64,000 nt of DNA. It comes from an uncultured delta proteobacterium (lineage in GTDB: Bacteria > Desulfobacterota > Binatia > UBA9968). The DNA lies in contig CAWDPO010000045.1 in assembly GCA_963804165.1 (NCBI GenBank), positions 224,001 to 288,000 on the forward strand, in the 5' to 3' direction. Position numbers and translations under genes: made by a program. Shown one piece after another: positions 43,201 through 54,782 of the stretch; the first letter of the stretch is position 1; each line of letters opens with the position of its first letter. The notes under the pieces are model-generated. The model had not been told where the DNA came from and ran no database searches. It saw nothing but the letters and a program-made list of their open reading frames with translations.

Positions 43201-43686
43201 ATGTTCTGGAGTAAAACAGTTTTCTTGACCGGGCTTCTTGGGAACGGCATTGCTCATATTTTTCAGCCGGAGGCGAACGCCGCGGACTCCGGCCGGGGCG
43301 GGAGCTGTCGTCGCGGTGACACGCTTAAATATTCAAGATCTCGACATGTCGCCCGGATCCATTGTTTGAAGGGCAGCGCGTCCGCGCCTGGAAAGTGCGC
43401 ATTCGCTTTGACGGACGGCGCGAGTGTGACACCGAAATCGTCGTCCGCGAAGGTAACACAACGTGCCGGCAGATTCGCGATTTCAAGCTTCGTCCTGGCG
43501 TGAATGAAATCGAAATTCCCGTCGCCGAAGGCTTCCGCCTGCGTGGCCGTGAACATTGCTTCAATGTTCAGGTCGACCTGGACGGCTCTCGGCAGACAAA
43601 TCGACGCCGACCGGCGCTTCTGCGCGAGCCAAAGATCGGCTTGGTCGATGCGCGAGCCCGACGACCAGCGGCGCACTGATAGATAA
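43201..43686 (+). CDS. Hypothetical secreted protein, frameshifted
   Basis: RBS ggagg, signal-like N-terminus; pieces join as ..LKIQDLDMSPDPLFEGQRVRAWKVRIRFDG..CFNVQVDLDG..FCASQRSAWSMRE. Confidence 0.55.
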
Positions 43687-43754
43687 AATCATGTCGCCTT
43701 CGCGGTTCAACGAGATTTGCGGGTAATCGGCTCGGACCTGAAATGTCGAGCCGA

Positions 43755-44922
43755 TTACCGCAATCTCACCTGACCCCAAACTCTTCTCGCCGTTTCGAGC
43801 ATTACGTCCAATTTTCGGAACTGCTCATCTTCCGTGAGCAGATTGCCGCGCAGGCTCGACGCAAAACCGCACTGCGGGCTGATCGCCAATTGTTCGAGCG
43901 CTAGATAGCGCGCGGCCTCGTCGATGCGTCGCCGCAATTCATCGACGGTCTCGACTCTTCCGACTTTCGTCGTGATCAAACCCAGCACGGCAATCTTGCC
44001 TTTCGGTACGAAACGCAAAGGTGCGAAACTCGCCGGCGCGCTCGGTATCGTATTCCAGCGAGCAGCCGCTGATGATTCAGACCCGGTAAAGAGTTTTTCG
44101 GCGATCGCGTCATAGTGCCCTTCGCGATGCCACATGCTCTGCCGGTTGCCGCGGCAGATATGCAGGCCGAATGTGACGCCAGGGAAATTTGCGATCAGAT
44201 CATTGTCGGCTCTAATCGAGCGGTCCATTGTCGCCATCGGCTCTTCGCCACGCGACTGCATCGCCGCCAGCGAATCGGGATCGATATACGCCGTATAGCC
44301 GGGCCCGTCGATGCCAATGTAACGGCACCCCGCTTGGCCAGTCGTTCGATCATCTGCCGTTCGACCGCCACCACGTCACGCAAAAACTCATTTGTACTCG
44401 GATACACCGCGCGCGATGCCACGCTGTCATAGCATTGTTGAATCCGATCCGGCGCCGATCAATGTCACTTTGACCGGCCGATCGGTCAGACTTTGAGCAA
44501 AGCGAAAATCGTCCAGCAGCGAGTTGCGCAGCAGCGCGAGCCGCTGCGGTGACGTGCTTGCGATTGAGCAGGATCGGATCCTGCCCTTTATGAGTAACCG
44601 TCTCATTGTCATCACCGCGCTTGAGGAGTTCATGATAAGTCTTCACGCCCGCCTGCCACTCCTCGACGCCGGCGACCACAGCGAAACTTTCCATGAAACT
44701 TGTCCGGCGAAACTCGCCATCGACGATAATCGGCAAATTGTGCGCGACTTGTTTGGCAACGACGTCGCGAATCGCATCATCCTGCGCCTGCTTCAGATCC
44801 GCTTCGCCTGCCGTTCCTTCGCCGTATCTGGCAAACGCATCTTTCACCGACTGCGGTCTTAGTAAACTGCCGACCAGGTCGACACGCATCGATTGGAGAT
44901 TGACCGTTGATGTGACGTCCAT
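43755..44922 (-). CDS. Cobalamin-independent methionine synthase II family (short MetE/YxjH-like), frameshifted
   Basis: VGSLLRP, DGEFRR, HICRGN, LGLITTK, ISPQCGFAS. Confidence 0.85.
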
Positions 44923-44981
44923 CAGTTATTTTCCATCCTTTGAATTTTATTACGCATCGATGCGTATCGATTCAGACCTGT

Positions 44982-45968
44982 TTACCTGCCCTTTTGCTCG
45001 ATCTCTTTCTTGACTTCGGCCGCCCATCTGAGATCCAAGAACTTCTCCGCCGCAACCGGCTTATCCATTTTCATAGGCAGCCTGATTTCGTATTCGAGAA
45101 TGTTTTTGATTCCTTCCGTCGACGGCACTCCTGGAACCCCTTGCGGTAGAGCCCGGGAATAACCTTTGATCGCCTCTATCAGCATGGCTTTAGTGATGTT
45201 TCTAAGTTGGAGTTTTGGGGTCGCGACTTCGGCGGCTTCGTCGGGACGCTCGCGCAAGAACATCAGGCCGCGAATCACTGCTCTTACCCACCGTTTGAGC
45301 TGCGTCGAGTTTTCCGCAATTTTTTTGTCCGTCGTGACATAGCCTTGAAACGGTAACGGAAAGATATCGCCGAGGTATGCCAGATTCCGCAAACCCTCTC
45401 TCTCCGCCGCGACCGCGCCGGCGGGATCGAGTACCACCGCCGCCACCGCCCCACTCTTAATGCCGAGAATCTTGTCAGTTGGGCTCGTCCCTAGAGTTAT
45501 TTTTGTCACATCCTTTGCCGACAGGCCGCCGCGCTCGACGAACAGAGTGGTAAATCGGTCCTCGCTGTCGCCGAGCAAAGCAACGCCGATCTTTTTTCCT
45601 CTAAGATCTGCCACCTGCGAGATTGATGGATGAACGATTAAATACCAGGTGGGCCGTTCGGTTTGGTACATGATCGCTTTGAGCGGCGCGCCCTTGACCG
45701 CCGCTCTCAGTCCGCTTCCACCCGCGCCGCTGTAGTCGACATCGCCGCTAATCAACGCCGCGATCCCCGCCGGTCCGCCGATGACGATCGTCTCGTTTTC
45801 CAATCCCTCGTCTTTGAAGAATCCTCTGGCATCCGCCGAAAATATCGACAAGTAATTCAAATTCAACCCAGGCACGGACGTGCGAATTTTTTCGGCTGCG
45901 GCCTTGCCTTCGAAATGAAATGCCAGCAGCGTCGCCAGGAGCAAGCAACGACCAAACATGATCGACAT
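44982..45968 (-). CDS. ABC substrate-binding protein (SsuA/THI5/NMT1-like)
   Basis: RGFFKDEGLE, ALISGDVDY, DLRGKKIGV. Confidence 0.9.
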   Translation of the reverse strand: MSIMFGRCLLLATLLAFHFEGKAAAEKIRTSVPGLNLNYLSIFSADARGFFKDEGLENETIVIGGPAGIAALISGDVDYSGAGGSGLRAAVKGAPLKAIMYQTERPTWYLIVHPSISQVADLRGKKIGVALLGDSEDRFTTLFVERGGLSAKDVTKITLGTSPTDKILGIKSGAVAAVVLDPAGAVAAEREGLRNLAYLGDIFPLPFQGYVTTDKKIAENSTQLKRWVRAVIRGLMFLRERPDEAAEVATPKLQLRNITKAMLIEAIKGYSRALPQGVPGVPSTEGIKNILEYEIRLPMKMDKPVAAEKFLDLRWAAEVKKEIEQKGR

Positions 45969-45989
45969 GCTTTTTTTCTCCTTCTTGCG

Positions 45990-46952
45990 TTAGCGCTCGC
46001 CCAACTCGCGAACCGCCTGCTGCAAATAACTTTGATCGATATACTTTGACGGATCCGGCGGCGCTCCTTTGATCTGCTCCGCATAGACCTGCATCGTAAA
46101 CTTTAGACCTTCGAGATTAATCTCCGAGCTCGGATGCCAGATGCGGTTTGTCGTGTAGTACTCCCAGCCGCGCCGCGCCAGTTCCGGCTGAAGAGGAATC
46201 TCTTTGGCGAGAAAATCGATCGCTAGTTCTTTGTTCGCGTAGAGCCAGCGGTGCGCGCGGACCGCGCCTTTCAGGAAGCGCACCAGCAGGCCGCGGTTGC
46301 GTTCCGCCCAAGCGCGCTTCACCGCCAAGACGGAGAGCTGGTAGTTGGGAAAATAATCTCGGTAATGGCCAAGCACGTGAAAGCCCTGCTGCACTGCGGT
46401 GTGATCTAGGGGTACGACCAAATAGGTCGCGCCGATCTGTCCCGAACTCAGTGCGGCAAGATTGAAACTGCCGCCGCCGACCGCGAGAAGTTTGTAGTCT
46501 GCCGGATATTCAAGTCCATTTTGCTTGAGAATGCGCTTCAGCACATTGGTCGCGCCCGAAGTGAGCACCTGTACGCCGATGGTCGCGCCGCGCAGATCTT
46601 TAATAGTCTTGTAGCTCTTCGCCGCAACGATCGCCTGCGTCAGGCCATTGACTACGCCTCCCACGGCCACGAGGTCCGCGCCGGCCGCTGTCGCGCCGAT
46701 GGTGGCGTCCGCCGAACCGAGAGCCAGATACAACGATTCGCTCACCAGCGCTTGCATCGTGATGGCGGTCCCGCGCAGTAGAACCGGCTGGACGTCCAAT
46801 CCGAATTCATCGAAAAAACCCTTCTTCGTCGCCAGCCAAAACATGTTGGTGCCGACGGTTTTCGTGCCGACTCCGACAGGAAATTTTATTTTCTCCTGCG
46901 CGGAAACAGAACCGCATACAAATGTGAAGGCAGTGAAAACGAACGGAAACAA
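45990..46952 (-). CDS. ABC substrate-binding protein (SsuA/THI5/NMT1-like), start uncertain
   Basis: KGFFDEFGLDV, DLRGATIGV..TSG. Confidence 0.88.
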   Translation of the reverse strand: MFPFVFTAFTFVCGSVSAQEKIKFPVGVGTKTVGTNMFWLATKKGFFDEFGLDVQPVLLRGTAITMQALVSESLYLALGSADATIGATAAGADLVAVGGVVNGLTQAIVAAKSYKTIKDLRGATIGVQVLTSGATNVLKRILKQNGLEYPADYKLLAVGGGSFNLAALSSGQIGATYLVVPLDHTAVQQGFHVLGHYRDYFPNYQLSVLAVKRAWAERNRGLLVRFLKGAVRAHRWLYANKELAIDFLAKEIPLQPELARRGWEYYTTNRIWHPSSEINLEGLKFTMQVYAEQIKGAPPDPSKYIDQSYLQQAVRELGER

Positions 46953-47217
46953 TCTCGTGCCGCGATTCCTGTTCGTCCTGGCTCACTCAGTAACGCATCG
47001 CAGCAAGACCAGTCCTGCCATACACCATTCTTGAATAGAGCCCCGACTACGGCGGCGCATCGAGGCATCCCATCAATCTGTGGAGAAACTACTGCACGCG
47101 GCCAATCAGCGTCAACCATGATTTAGTTCGGGCTCACTGACGAGCTTTGACATAAAACTTGACACCAAAGCCGCGAACATGATTTACCGGAAACGCGTAG
47201 ATAGGTGTGGAGATTAA

Positions 47218-48216
47218 ATGATGAGGTTTCCCGGCCGGCTGCAAAGTCTATTTTCCCTCAGCCTGCTCGCATTCGTCTTTGTCAGTGCAAACTCGGCCGA
47301 CGCTCAAGCGCCAAAGCTGCGGGTCGCTTATACGGCCTTTGCCGGAACTTTTACAATTCTTTGGGTCGGCAAAGACGCCGGTCTGTACCAAAAGCACGGC
47401 GCCGACATGGAGCTGCTTTACATCGGCTCCAGCACTCGAGCGGTCCAAGCGCTGCTGGCCGGCGATCTCGACATCGTTTATTCGGCCGCCGGCGCGGTGG
47501 TCGATGCCAATCTCGCCGGAGCCGACCTGGTAATGGTCGGCTGTCAGTACGACACTGGACAATCATCGTTCTTCACAACTTCTGCCCTAGCCAGCATCGG
47601 TGATCTGAAAGGCAAAGCTGTCGGTGTCTCCCGCTTCGGCGCCTTCTCTGACTTCGTGGCGCGCCACGTGCTGAAGAAAAATCGTCTCCAGCCCATCAAG
47701 GATGTTGCGTTCATTCAACTCGGCGGCACCCAAGAGATCATCGCAGCCATGCAAAAAAATCTCGTCCAGGGCGGATCGATTTCGCTGCCACTCACTCTGC
47801 AGGCGAGGAAGTTGGGATTTAGAGAACTGCTCACCACTGAAACCATCGCGCTGCCATTTGATTATGGCTGCTTCATCGTGAAGAATTCATATCTCAAAGC
47901 CAAACGCGACGAGCTCAAGCGAGTCCTGCGCGCCACGATCGCCGCTTATGATCTGGCGATTCAGGACCCGGCATTCGCCAAACGGTCGGTCGGCAAATAC
48001 ACGCGAACAACAGACGGCGAAACGCTGGACGCAACTTACAAAGAGAATGTCAAAGATTACGCGCTGAGAATTCCTTATGTTTCGCTTGCGGGACTTACCT
48101 CCATCATCGACTTTCGCGCCGAAACGAGCGCCGAAGTGAAAAAACTGGCGCTGGAGAAAATGTACGACAACTCGTTGCTTCAAGAAATTCAAAAAGAGGC
48201 TCCTGCAGTAAAATAG
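47218..48216 (+). CDS. ABC substrate-binding protein (SsuA/THI5/NMT1-like)
   Basis: GLYQKHG, DLKGKAVGVSRFGAFSD. Confidence 0.9.
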   Translation: MMRFPGRLQSLFSLSLLAFVFVSANSADAQAPKLRVAYTAFAGTFTILWVGKDAGLYQKHGADMELLYIGSSTRAVQALLAGDLDIVYSAAGAVVDANLAGADLVMVGCQYDTGQSSFFTTSALASIGDLKGKAVGVSRFGAFSDFVARHVLKKNRLQPIKDVAFIQLGGTQEIIAAMQKNLVQGGSISLPLTLQARKLGFRELLTTETIALPFDYGCFIVKNSYLKAKRDELKRVLRATIAAYDLAIQDPAFAKRSVGKYTRTTDGETLDATYKENVKDYALRIPYVSLAGLTSIIDFRAETSAEVKKLALEKMYDNSLLQEIQKEAPAVK

Positions 48217-48227
48217 GGATTATCGCC

Positions 48228-49319
48228 ATGAAACTCGGACTGTTCGATCACATGCAAAAGCACGACAGCCCAGCTCGCTCCTACGTCGACCTGTACCGGA
48301 ATCACTTGGAAGTTCTGGAATTTGCCGATCAAGTCGGCATGGATTTTTATTTCGTCGCCGAACACCACTTCGACATGGGCTTTTCCGAGTGTCCAAGCCC
48401 CGGCGCTTTTCTCGGCGCCGCTTCGCAGAGAACGAAGAATATCCGCCTTGGCCCCTTGGTTTACGTCCTACCTTTGTGGAATCCCATTCGAGTCGCCGAA
48501 GAGATTGCGCTGCTTGACAACCTCACGGAAGGACGCTTGGAATGTGGTTTCGGCGCAGGCATCGGGCCGTTTAGCTTTGCCGCCTACAACATCCCCTGGG
48601 ACCAGAAGCGCGAAATGACACTGGAAGCGCTGCACATCATCAAAGGCATTTGGACGCATGAATCCTTCACTTTCGAAGGCCGTTACTTCAAATGTAAGGA
48701 CATTGACTCGTCGATTCCGCTCGTGCAAAAGCCCCATCCGCCGCTTTGGATGCCGACGCGGAGCAAGGATTCCATCGAGGAAGCCGCCTCCACGGGCGTC
48801 AGCACGATCCAATGGGTTCCAGCGGGAATGAAAGCGGCGCGCAAAGCTTTCGACGAATATCGCTCCGTCTATAAACGCACCCGGCCGTCGGGGCCGAAGC
48901 CGCACATCGGCTTGATGCGCGAAATTTTCGTGGCGGAAAGTGATCGGCAAGCGCGCGCCGACGGCGAGTTCCACTGGAAGAATTTTTGGGAACGCCGTGG
49001 CGGCGCGCGCACATACGGCGCCCACGGGTCGACTGGACTATCGACGATTCTCGATGGCAGCCGCCGGGGCGAACTGATGGATATGAACCACTCGATCGCC
49101 GAAGGCTCATTTATTTGCGGCGCACCGGAAACCGTCGTCGGACAGATCAAGAAAATCGCCATCGAAGCCGGCGCCGACACGTTTCTCGGCGAATTTACCT
49201 TCGGCGAGCTAACCCAGAAACAGTCCCTTAACTCGCTCCGACTCTTCACCGAACAAGTCATGCCGGAGCTAAGAAAGTTCGACATCGACGCGCTCAATTT
49301 TCCCAAGGCAGATACGTGA
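48228..49319 (+). CDS. LLM-class flavin-dependent oxidoreductase
   Basis: AEHHF, RTKNIRLG, LDNLTEGRLECG, QKPHPPLW, RLFTEQVMP. Confidence 0.92.
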   Translation: MKLGLFDHMQKHDSPARSYVDLYRNHLEVLEFADQVGMDFYFVAEHHFDMGFSECPSPGAFLGAASQRTKNIRLGPLVYVLPLWNPIRVAEEIALLDNLTEGRLECGFGAGIGPFSFAAYNIPWDQKREMTLEALHIIKGIWTHESFTFEGRYFKCKDIDSSIPLVQKPHPPLWMPTRSKDSIEEAASTGVSTIQWVPAGMKAARKAFDEYRSVYKRTRPSGPKPHIGLMREIFVAESDRQARADGEFHWKNFWERRGGARTYGAHGSTGLSTILDGSRRGELMDMNHSIAEGSFICGAPETVVGQIKKIAIEAGADTFLGEFTFGELTQKQSLNSLRLFTEQVMPELRKFDIDALNFPKADT

Positions 49320-49557
49320 TATTCCCTGTGGAAGGACCCGAATTCCGCGGCGCTACATCCGGGACACGCGAATGTTTCCTGAATTCGAAATAGAACTCGA
49401 AACTCAAGTCCGAATCGGGTTTGTTTGGAAGATTGGATTTTTGTCCTTTGACATTGTTTCGAGCTTCGGATCTTGTGCTGCGAATTTACTCGTTCATCCT
49501 TTGCGATCCTTGCGGCTAAATATCTTCTCTTGAACCCCTCAAAAATTCGGAGGCGTC

Positions 49558-50532
49558 ATGATTCACACGCGCATTTGCGATCTTCTCGGCATTCGACATC
49601 CAATTGTTCTCGGCGGCATGGGCACGGCTACCACTGCGCCGCTCGTCGCCGCGGTCTCCAACGCCGCCGGCTTCGGCACCCTCGGCACGTCGGCGTTCAA
49701 CGCCGCGACGCTTGAAACCGAAATCGCCTCGATCCGCGAGCGCACCGATAAACCATTCGGCGTCAATCATCTGTTGTTTCAGATCCAAGAAGATATGTTC
49801 GCGGTCACGCTGCGTGCCCGGCCAACGGTCGCCGCCTTCGCTTGGGCGCGCAAAGACCAAAATCTGCGCGACTATTTTCAGCGCGCACACGACGCCGGTT
49901 GCAAAGTCATGTACATGGCGGGGGAAGTTCCCGAAGCGATGCGTGCCGCGGAAGCCGGGACCGACGTCCTCGTCGCCCAGGGCACCGAAGCCGGCGGCCA
50001 TGTGGCGTGGATGTCGTCGCTCCCGCTGGTGCCGATGATGGTCAAAGCGGTAGCGCCGTTACCGGTCCTTTCCGCTGGCGGTATCGCCGACGGCCGCGGA
50101 CTCGCCGGGGCCCTTGCGTTGGGCGCCGAAGGAGTGTTGCTCGGCACACGCTTCATGGCCACGCCGGAAGCGCCGATCCATGCGAACTTCAAGCAAGCGA
50201 TTGTCAAAAGCGACGGTCACGATACGGTCCTGACCGAGATCCCCGATCTCGCCAGCCAACGGGTGTGGCCAGGCGCGATGTCACGAGCCCAGCGCAATCA
50301 ATTTATCGAACGATGGGCAGGCCGTGAATGGATGGTGCGGCAAAACGCAAAGGAGATCGGTCAGCAAGTAGCCGCAGCGCGCGCTGCCGGTGACATTCAC
50401 AACGCTTCGCTTTCGTTCGGCCAAGATGCCGGCTTGATCGATTCGATCAAAAGCGTCAGAGAAGTCGTTCAGGACATAGTGTCGGAGGCGGAGGAAATTA
50501 TAAAAACCCGTCTGTCCTCTCTGTTGCAATAA
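49558..50532 (+). CDS. Nitronate monooxygenase family protein
   Basis: HPIVLGGMG, AQGTEAGGH, AGGIADGRG, LGTRF. Confidence 0.92.
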   Translation: MIHTRICDLLGIRHPIVLGGMGTATTAPLVAAVSNAAGFGTLGTSAFNAATLETEIASIRERTDKPFGVNHLLFQIQEDMFAVTLRARPTVAAFAWARKDQNLRDYFQRAHDAGCKVMYMAGEVPEAMRAAEAGTDVLVAQGTEAGGHVAWMSSLPLVPMMVKAVAPLPVLSAGGIADGRGLAGALALGAEGVLLGTRFMATPEAPIHANFKQAIVKSDGHDTVLTEIPDLASQRVWPGAMSRAQRNQFIERWAGREWMVRQNAKEIGQQVAAARAAGDIHNASLSFGQDAGLIDSIKSVREVVQDIVSEAEEIIKTRLSSLLQ

Positions 50533-50609
50533 TCGCCACAGCCAAGACCGTGAGCCCTGGCGTATGAGATCGCGCCTTTTTTCGCGCAACGCCCTACTGC
50601 TATTTGCGA

Positions 50610-51939
50610 TCATGCTCCGGCAAGTTCAGCTACTGCGGGCATTTGCGGTTCTGTACGTTCAGTCCGGCGAATTGTTAGCGCAAGACAGGCAGCGACCAAG
50701 GCTAAACAATCGCCAGTCAAAAAAGCGTACTGATAATGACCGAACTCGACGCGTGCCCAGCCGCCAAGAATGGCAGCGGAGGCGGCGCCGAGTTGGTGCG
50801 AAACGAAAACTGTTCCGAAGATTGTGCCCACGCGCTCGGAGCCGAAGGCGCGTGCGATGATCGTCGTGGTTGCGGGGCCAGAAGCGTACCAATCGAGACC
50901 ATACAACTCGCGAACATAAATAGCGCCAAACGGCTCTGAGACGAAGGGCAACATGAGCAGCGCCGAGCCGCGCAGCCCGTAGACGACGGCAAGAACTTTG
51001 CGCGGATCGATGCGGTCCACCAGGTAACCGGAAAACGTCGTGCCGATAAAACTCGCCCCGCCCATGATTCCGACCGCTGCGGCGGCCGTCACCTGCGGAA
51101 TACCCCGTTCAATCGCATGCGGGATCAGATGCGTGCCGATGAGACCGTTGGCGGTGACATCGCAAATAAAAAAACAGCCGGCGAGAATCCAAAACGTCGA
51201 GGTTTTGACGACCTCCGACATTGCTGACATCGACATCGGGCGAATTTCCCCACGCGCGAAACGGGCGGGCCGTTTTTGCGAGCTATTTTCCTTGCCCGAT
51301 CGGTAGGGCTCGAGACCCACGTCGGCGGGATTATCGCGCATCCAGAACCAAATTGCCGGGATCAGCAATGTTGCCGTCATCGTAATCATCATCAACGCGC
51401 TGCGCCAACCCGTGGCGAGGATGACGGACATCAACGACGGCAGAAAAACAATTTGTCCGGCGGCGCCGGCATTGGTCATGATGCCCGACTGCCAAACCGC
51501 GCCGGTCGACGAACCAACGGGCGGCGATGCTCGCGCCGAGCGCCGGAGTGATTCCGGTCGCGATGCCCAGGACGACCCCACACACAAGAATCAGTTGCCA
51601 AAGTTGCTGAACCAAAATTACGCCATTCAACCCAACCGCAATGGTCGTAAGACTGCCGAGGATGACGCGGCGCGCTCCGAAACGATCGATCAACCAACCG
51701 CCCGCCGGAGCAAACAATCCCAAAAGCAAGAGATTCAGGCTTGCCGCCGAAGCGATTGCCGCCCGCGTCCAGCCGAACTCCGCCTCGAGCGGGTGAATAA
51801 GCACCGACGGCGCCGAGCGAATCCCGGCGGCGGTCAAGTTGGCGAGGAAACTCAGCGCAACGACAAACCAGCCATAATAGAACGGAACTGCGAGCGGCAG
51901 ACGCTGTTTCTCGTCCGCATCGCCGTTATCCATGTTCAT
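50610..51939 (-). CDS. MFS transporter (OFA-like), frameshift near 51490
   Basis: YYGWFVV, EFGWTRA, GWLIDRFGARR, RWFVDRRGLA, GLIGTHLIP, HQLGAA. Confidence 0.88.
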
Positions 51940-52040
51940 CGTCTAGTACAAAACAGCACACCGTCGAATGGAATTAGATCGTGAAAATCCCTGAATCGTG
52001 AGCCGACGAGTGCAACGACGGACTGGCATGCCATCGCAAT

Positions 52041-53005
52041 TCAGCGCAACTCGACGATGACGCCTTCACCGCCCCGCAGACGAAGTTCAGCGCCTAATTT
52101 GTCTTGTCCCCGATCGAGATGAGTCGAAACGAGCAACGAGCCTGGGCTTCGAGCTCGCTCAAATTAAATCTGCGTTCCTGGGACCGAGATTAAGCACGAT
52201 CAAAAATCTGCGCTCACCTGCTTTTCGCATATAGGCGACTAAATCGTCGCCGGCCGGCAACGGCGAATATTCTCCGACGGAAAGCGCCGGTTCCTTTCTG
52301 CGCAGTTCGATCAAGCGACGATAGAGCGCGAGTATCGAGCTTGGATCGTCGCTCTCAACGGACACGTTGAAGTTTTGGTAATCGGTTGCGATCGGCAACC
52401 ACGGCTCGCCGGTCGTGAAGCCGGCGCTTGTGCCACCACTCCATTGCATCGGCGTGCGCACGGGATCACGGCCGAGTCCCAGACCCGGCACATTCTTTTC
52501 GAAGGGATCTTGCACCCGCCCAACTGGGATCGGCACATCGCGCATGCCGAGCTCGTCGCCATAATACATCGTCGGGGTGCCGCGCAGGGTTAGAAGCAGC
52601 ATCGCTGCCACCCGTGCTTGCGCGAGCCCAGTGCGCGTGGCGATCCGTGGCTTGTCGTGATTGCCGAGCACCCAATTGGGCCATCCGTAGGACGGCAAAA
52701 GCGCTTCATAGCGCTCGACGGCGGCGGCAATCTCTTTAGCTTTCCATGGCAACCGGATCAGCTGAAAATTAAACGGCAGATGCGCGCCTTTTCCGCTCGC
52801 GCCGTAGTAGGCCATGAGCCGCTCCATGGGGAGATAGATCTCGCCGACCAACATGCGATCATCGAACTCCTCAACAACTCCGCGCGATGCTGTCACCGTT
52901 GCTGTCCATGAAGGAACGTGGGTAAAACTGATAAATAATACCGCGTTCCCACCAGCGAAAATTTTCCAACTCGGCGTTTTCGTGAACTGCAACTTCGTTG
53001 GTCAT
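52041..53005 (-). pseudogene. GH13 alpha-glucosidase/alpha-amylase family gene with a large internal deletion
   Basis: N-terminus WWERGIIYQFYPRSFMDSNGD is joined out of frame at about 52885 to RGVVEEFDDRMLVGEIYL...LGNHD...YYGDELG...RDPVRTPMQW. Confidence 0.88.
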
Positions 53006-53189
53006 TTCAATCCCTCGCCTTCCCCTTCGGCGCCTTACACGCTAGAGGGCGCACGGTCACATATCGCGAGATAGTGAATAGCGCGCGTTATCGAATTATA
53101 AACTGTTTCGAGATTTTCGGGGAGTGTAGGATGGCGTGGTCCGTTAGAAGTTCAGGCGTGCAGGTCCCTAACCAGGGATTTTTGATTCG

Positions 53190-54773
53190 TTACTCGATGA
53201 CCTCGATCGCCAATCGATAGGCCGGCAATCGGTAGCCATGCGCCAACGCCGGAAAGTCGCGGGCAAAGGTTAAAACCGGCGTCTGGTAATTCCACGGCAC
53301 GCGGTCTTTGCCGCGGTAAATCGCCGGATATAAATCAATCAGGTGAGTGCCCGGATTTCCGCTGGCGACAAGGTTGATCGTGACGTCGCCGTTACTGTTA
53401 AAGCCGCAGGCGTAGCCGAGCACCGCGTTGTCGTAACTGACCGCCAAAGTGTTATCGAGCTCGGTCCAGCCCACTCCCTTGATCTGAATGGTGAAAGGCT
53501 CGCCGACTTTGACGCGCTTGGGTGTCACCGTCACGAGACTTTGCTCGACATAAAAAGGCGCTTCCGCCAATACGCGGTCACGTGTGACGATTTTCACCAC
53601 GTGCCAACCACCGAGGTCGTCGGGAATTTTGATGCTCGCCGCCAGGGAGCCATCCGATTTCGTCGTCGCGCTAGCCAGCGGCACGCTATCGAGGTTCCAG
53701 CCGCTCGGCGTCATACGGTTGCCTCGGGCCGTGACAAAATGCACGCCGACTTCGCTGTTCGGCGGCAGACCGCTGGCGCGCAGCGTCGTCTGCGAATTCA
53801 CTGGGCCTGACGACGGATTCAATGTCGTCGCGTTCGCCGTCGCCGGCTTCATCGTCATCGTCGTGCGCGGCGCATCCACCTTCAACTGCGCAATCCTTCC
53901 GCTCTCCGGCCACTGCAGCTTATCCGGCGGCGGACCGGCGTCTTTGGTAACGTTGAAGCTAAATCGAAACTCTTGCTGATTGTCGATGTGCGAATAGATG
54001 TAGGCTTGCGGCGATTGCTGTGTGTTGAGATAGGCGCCGGGCGCATAGGCGGTACTGTTGTTGAGTTGAATGATATGCTTTCCGGCTCCGCCCGCGGCGC
54101 GGATTTGTAAGACCGCCGTGCCCTTGGTCGTTACGGCGGAAATTTCGCCGCTGTATTTATTGTCGTAACGGAGTGCCATAAATTGCTCGAAGCCCTGCCA
54201 GCCCATTCCCTTCACCATTAAGGTGATCGGCGTCCCCAACGGACCTTCAGACGGCGTCATCGTTGCGCTGCGCAGAATGCGGAAGCCGCCGCGCGCCGCG
54301 TCTTGTCCATCCACGACCGCGAAGATGTCATGCACCTCGCCGAAGTCTTCCGGCGCGCTGAACGTCGCGCTTACTCGTCCCTTCGCATCGGTCGTTGCAC
54401 TGCCCAGTGAGACACGCTTCTCGTCATATTTGCGCTCGTGATATTCGACGTTGTCGGTCAACACTTTGGTGAGATACGCCGCATCGACGGTGCTCCAGAA
54501 AAACTCAACTTTCTTGCCCACGGGTAATCCGTCCGCTTGGATCGTGAAGTGATCCCCGACGTAACCTTTCACCGGTTCGATCTTGAGAAACTTGATTGCC
54601 GCGGGCGCACCATTCGATTTGACCGCTCCCCCCGCGTTGGTTGGACTTGTCGCCGCGATCGATGGAGCCGCGGAATCCGTTTCCCGCTCTGCAGCCGGCA
54701 CTTCGCTCGCAAAGACGAGCGTCAATCCGGCGACAGCCACGACGCTTCGGCCAAAATCCATCACGGTAATCAT
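53190..54773 (-). CDS. Secreted hypothetical protein with duplicated Ig-like modules
   Basis: Signal peptide; two homologous halves (GLP...AT...G......P.D.G..H; TP....G.P.T...KG.GW...YDN). Confidence 0.75.
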   Translation of the reverse strand: MITVMDFGRSVVAVAGLTLVFASEVPAAERETDSAAPSIAATSPTNAGGAVKSNGAPAAIKFLKIEPVKGYVGDHFTIQADGLPVGKKVEFFWSTVDAAYLTKVLTDNVEYHERKYDEKRVSLGSATTDAKGRVSATFSAPEDFGEVHDIFAVVDGQDAARGGFRILRSATMTPSEGPLGTPITLMVKGMGWQGFEQFMALRYDNKYSGEISAVTTKGTAVLQIRAAGGAGKHIIQLNNSTAYAPGAYLNTQQSPQAYIYSHIDNQQEFRFSFNVTKDAGPPPDKLQWPESGRIAQLKVDAPRTTMTMKPATANATTLNPSSGPVNSQTTLRASGLPPNSEVGVHFVTARGNRMTPSGWNLDSVPLASATTKSDGSLAASIKIPDDLGGWHVVKIVTRDRVLAEAPFYVEQSLVTVTPKRVKVGEPFTIQIKGVGWTELDNTLAVSYDNAVLGYACGFNSNGDVTINLVASGNPGTHLIDLYPAIYRGKDRVPWNYQTPVLTFARDFPALAHGYRLPAYRLAIEVIE

Positions 54774-54782
54774 TTGCGTACC

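Noticed and set aside
43263-43676. 137-aa minus-strand ORF as a gene
   Set aside because: The plus strand has an RBS, a signal-like start and a continuous protein once frameshifts are corrected
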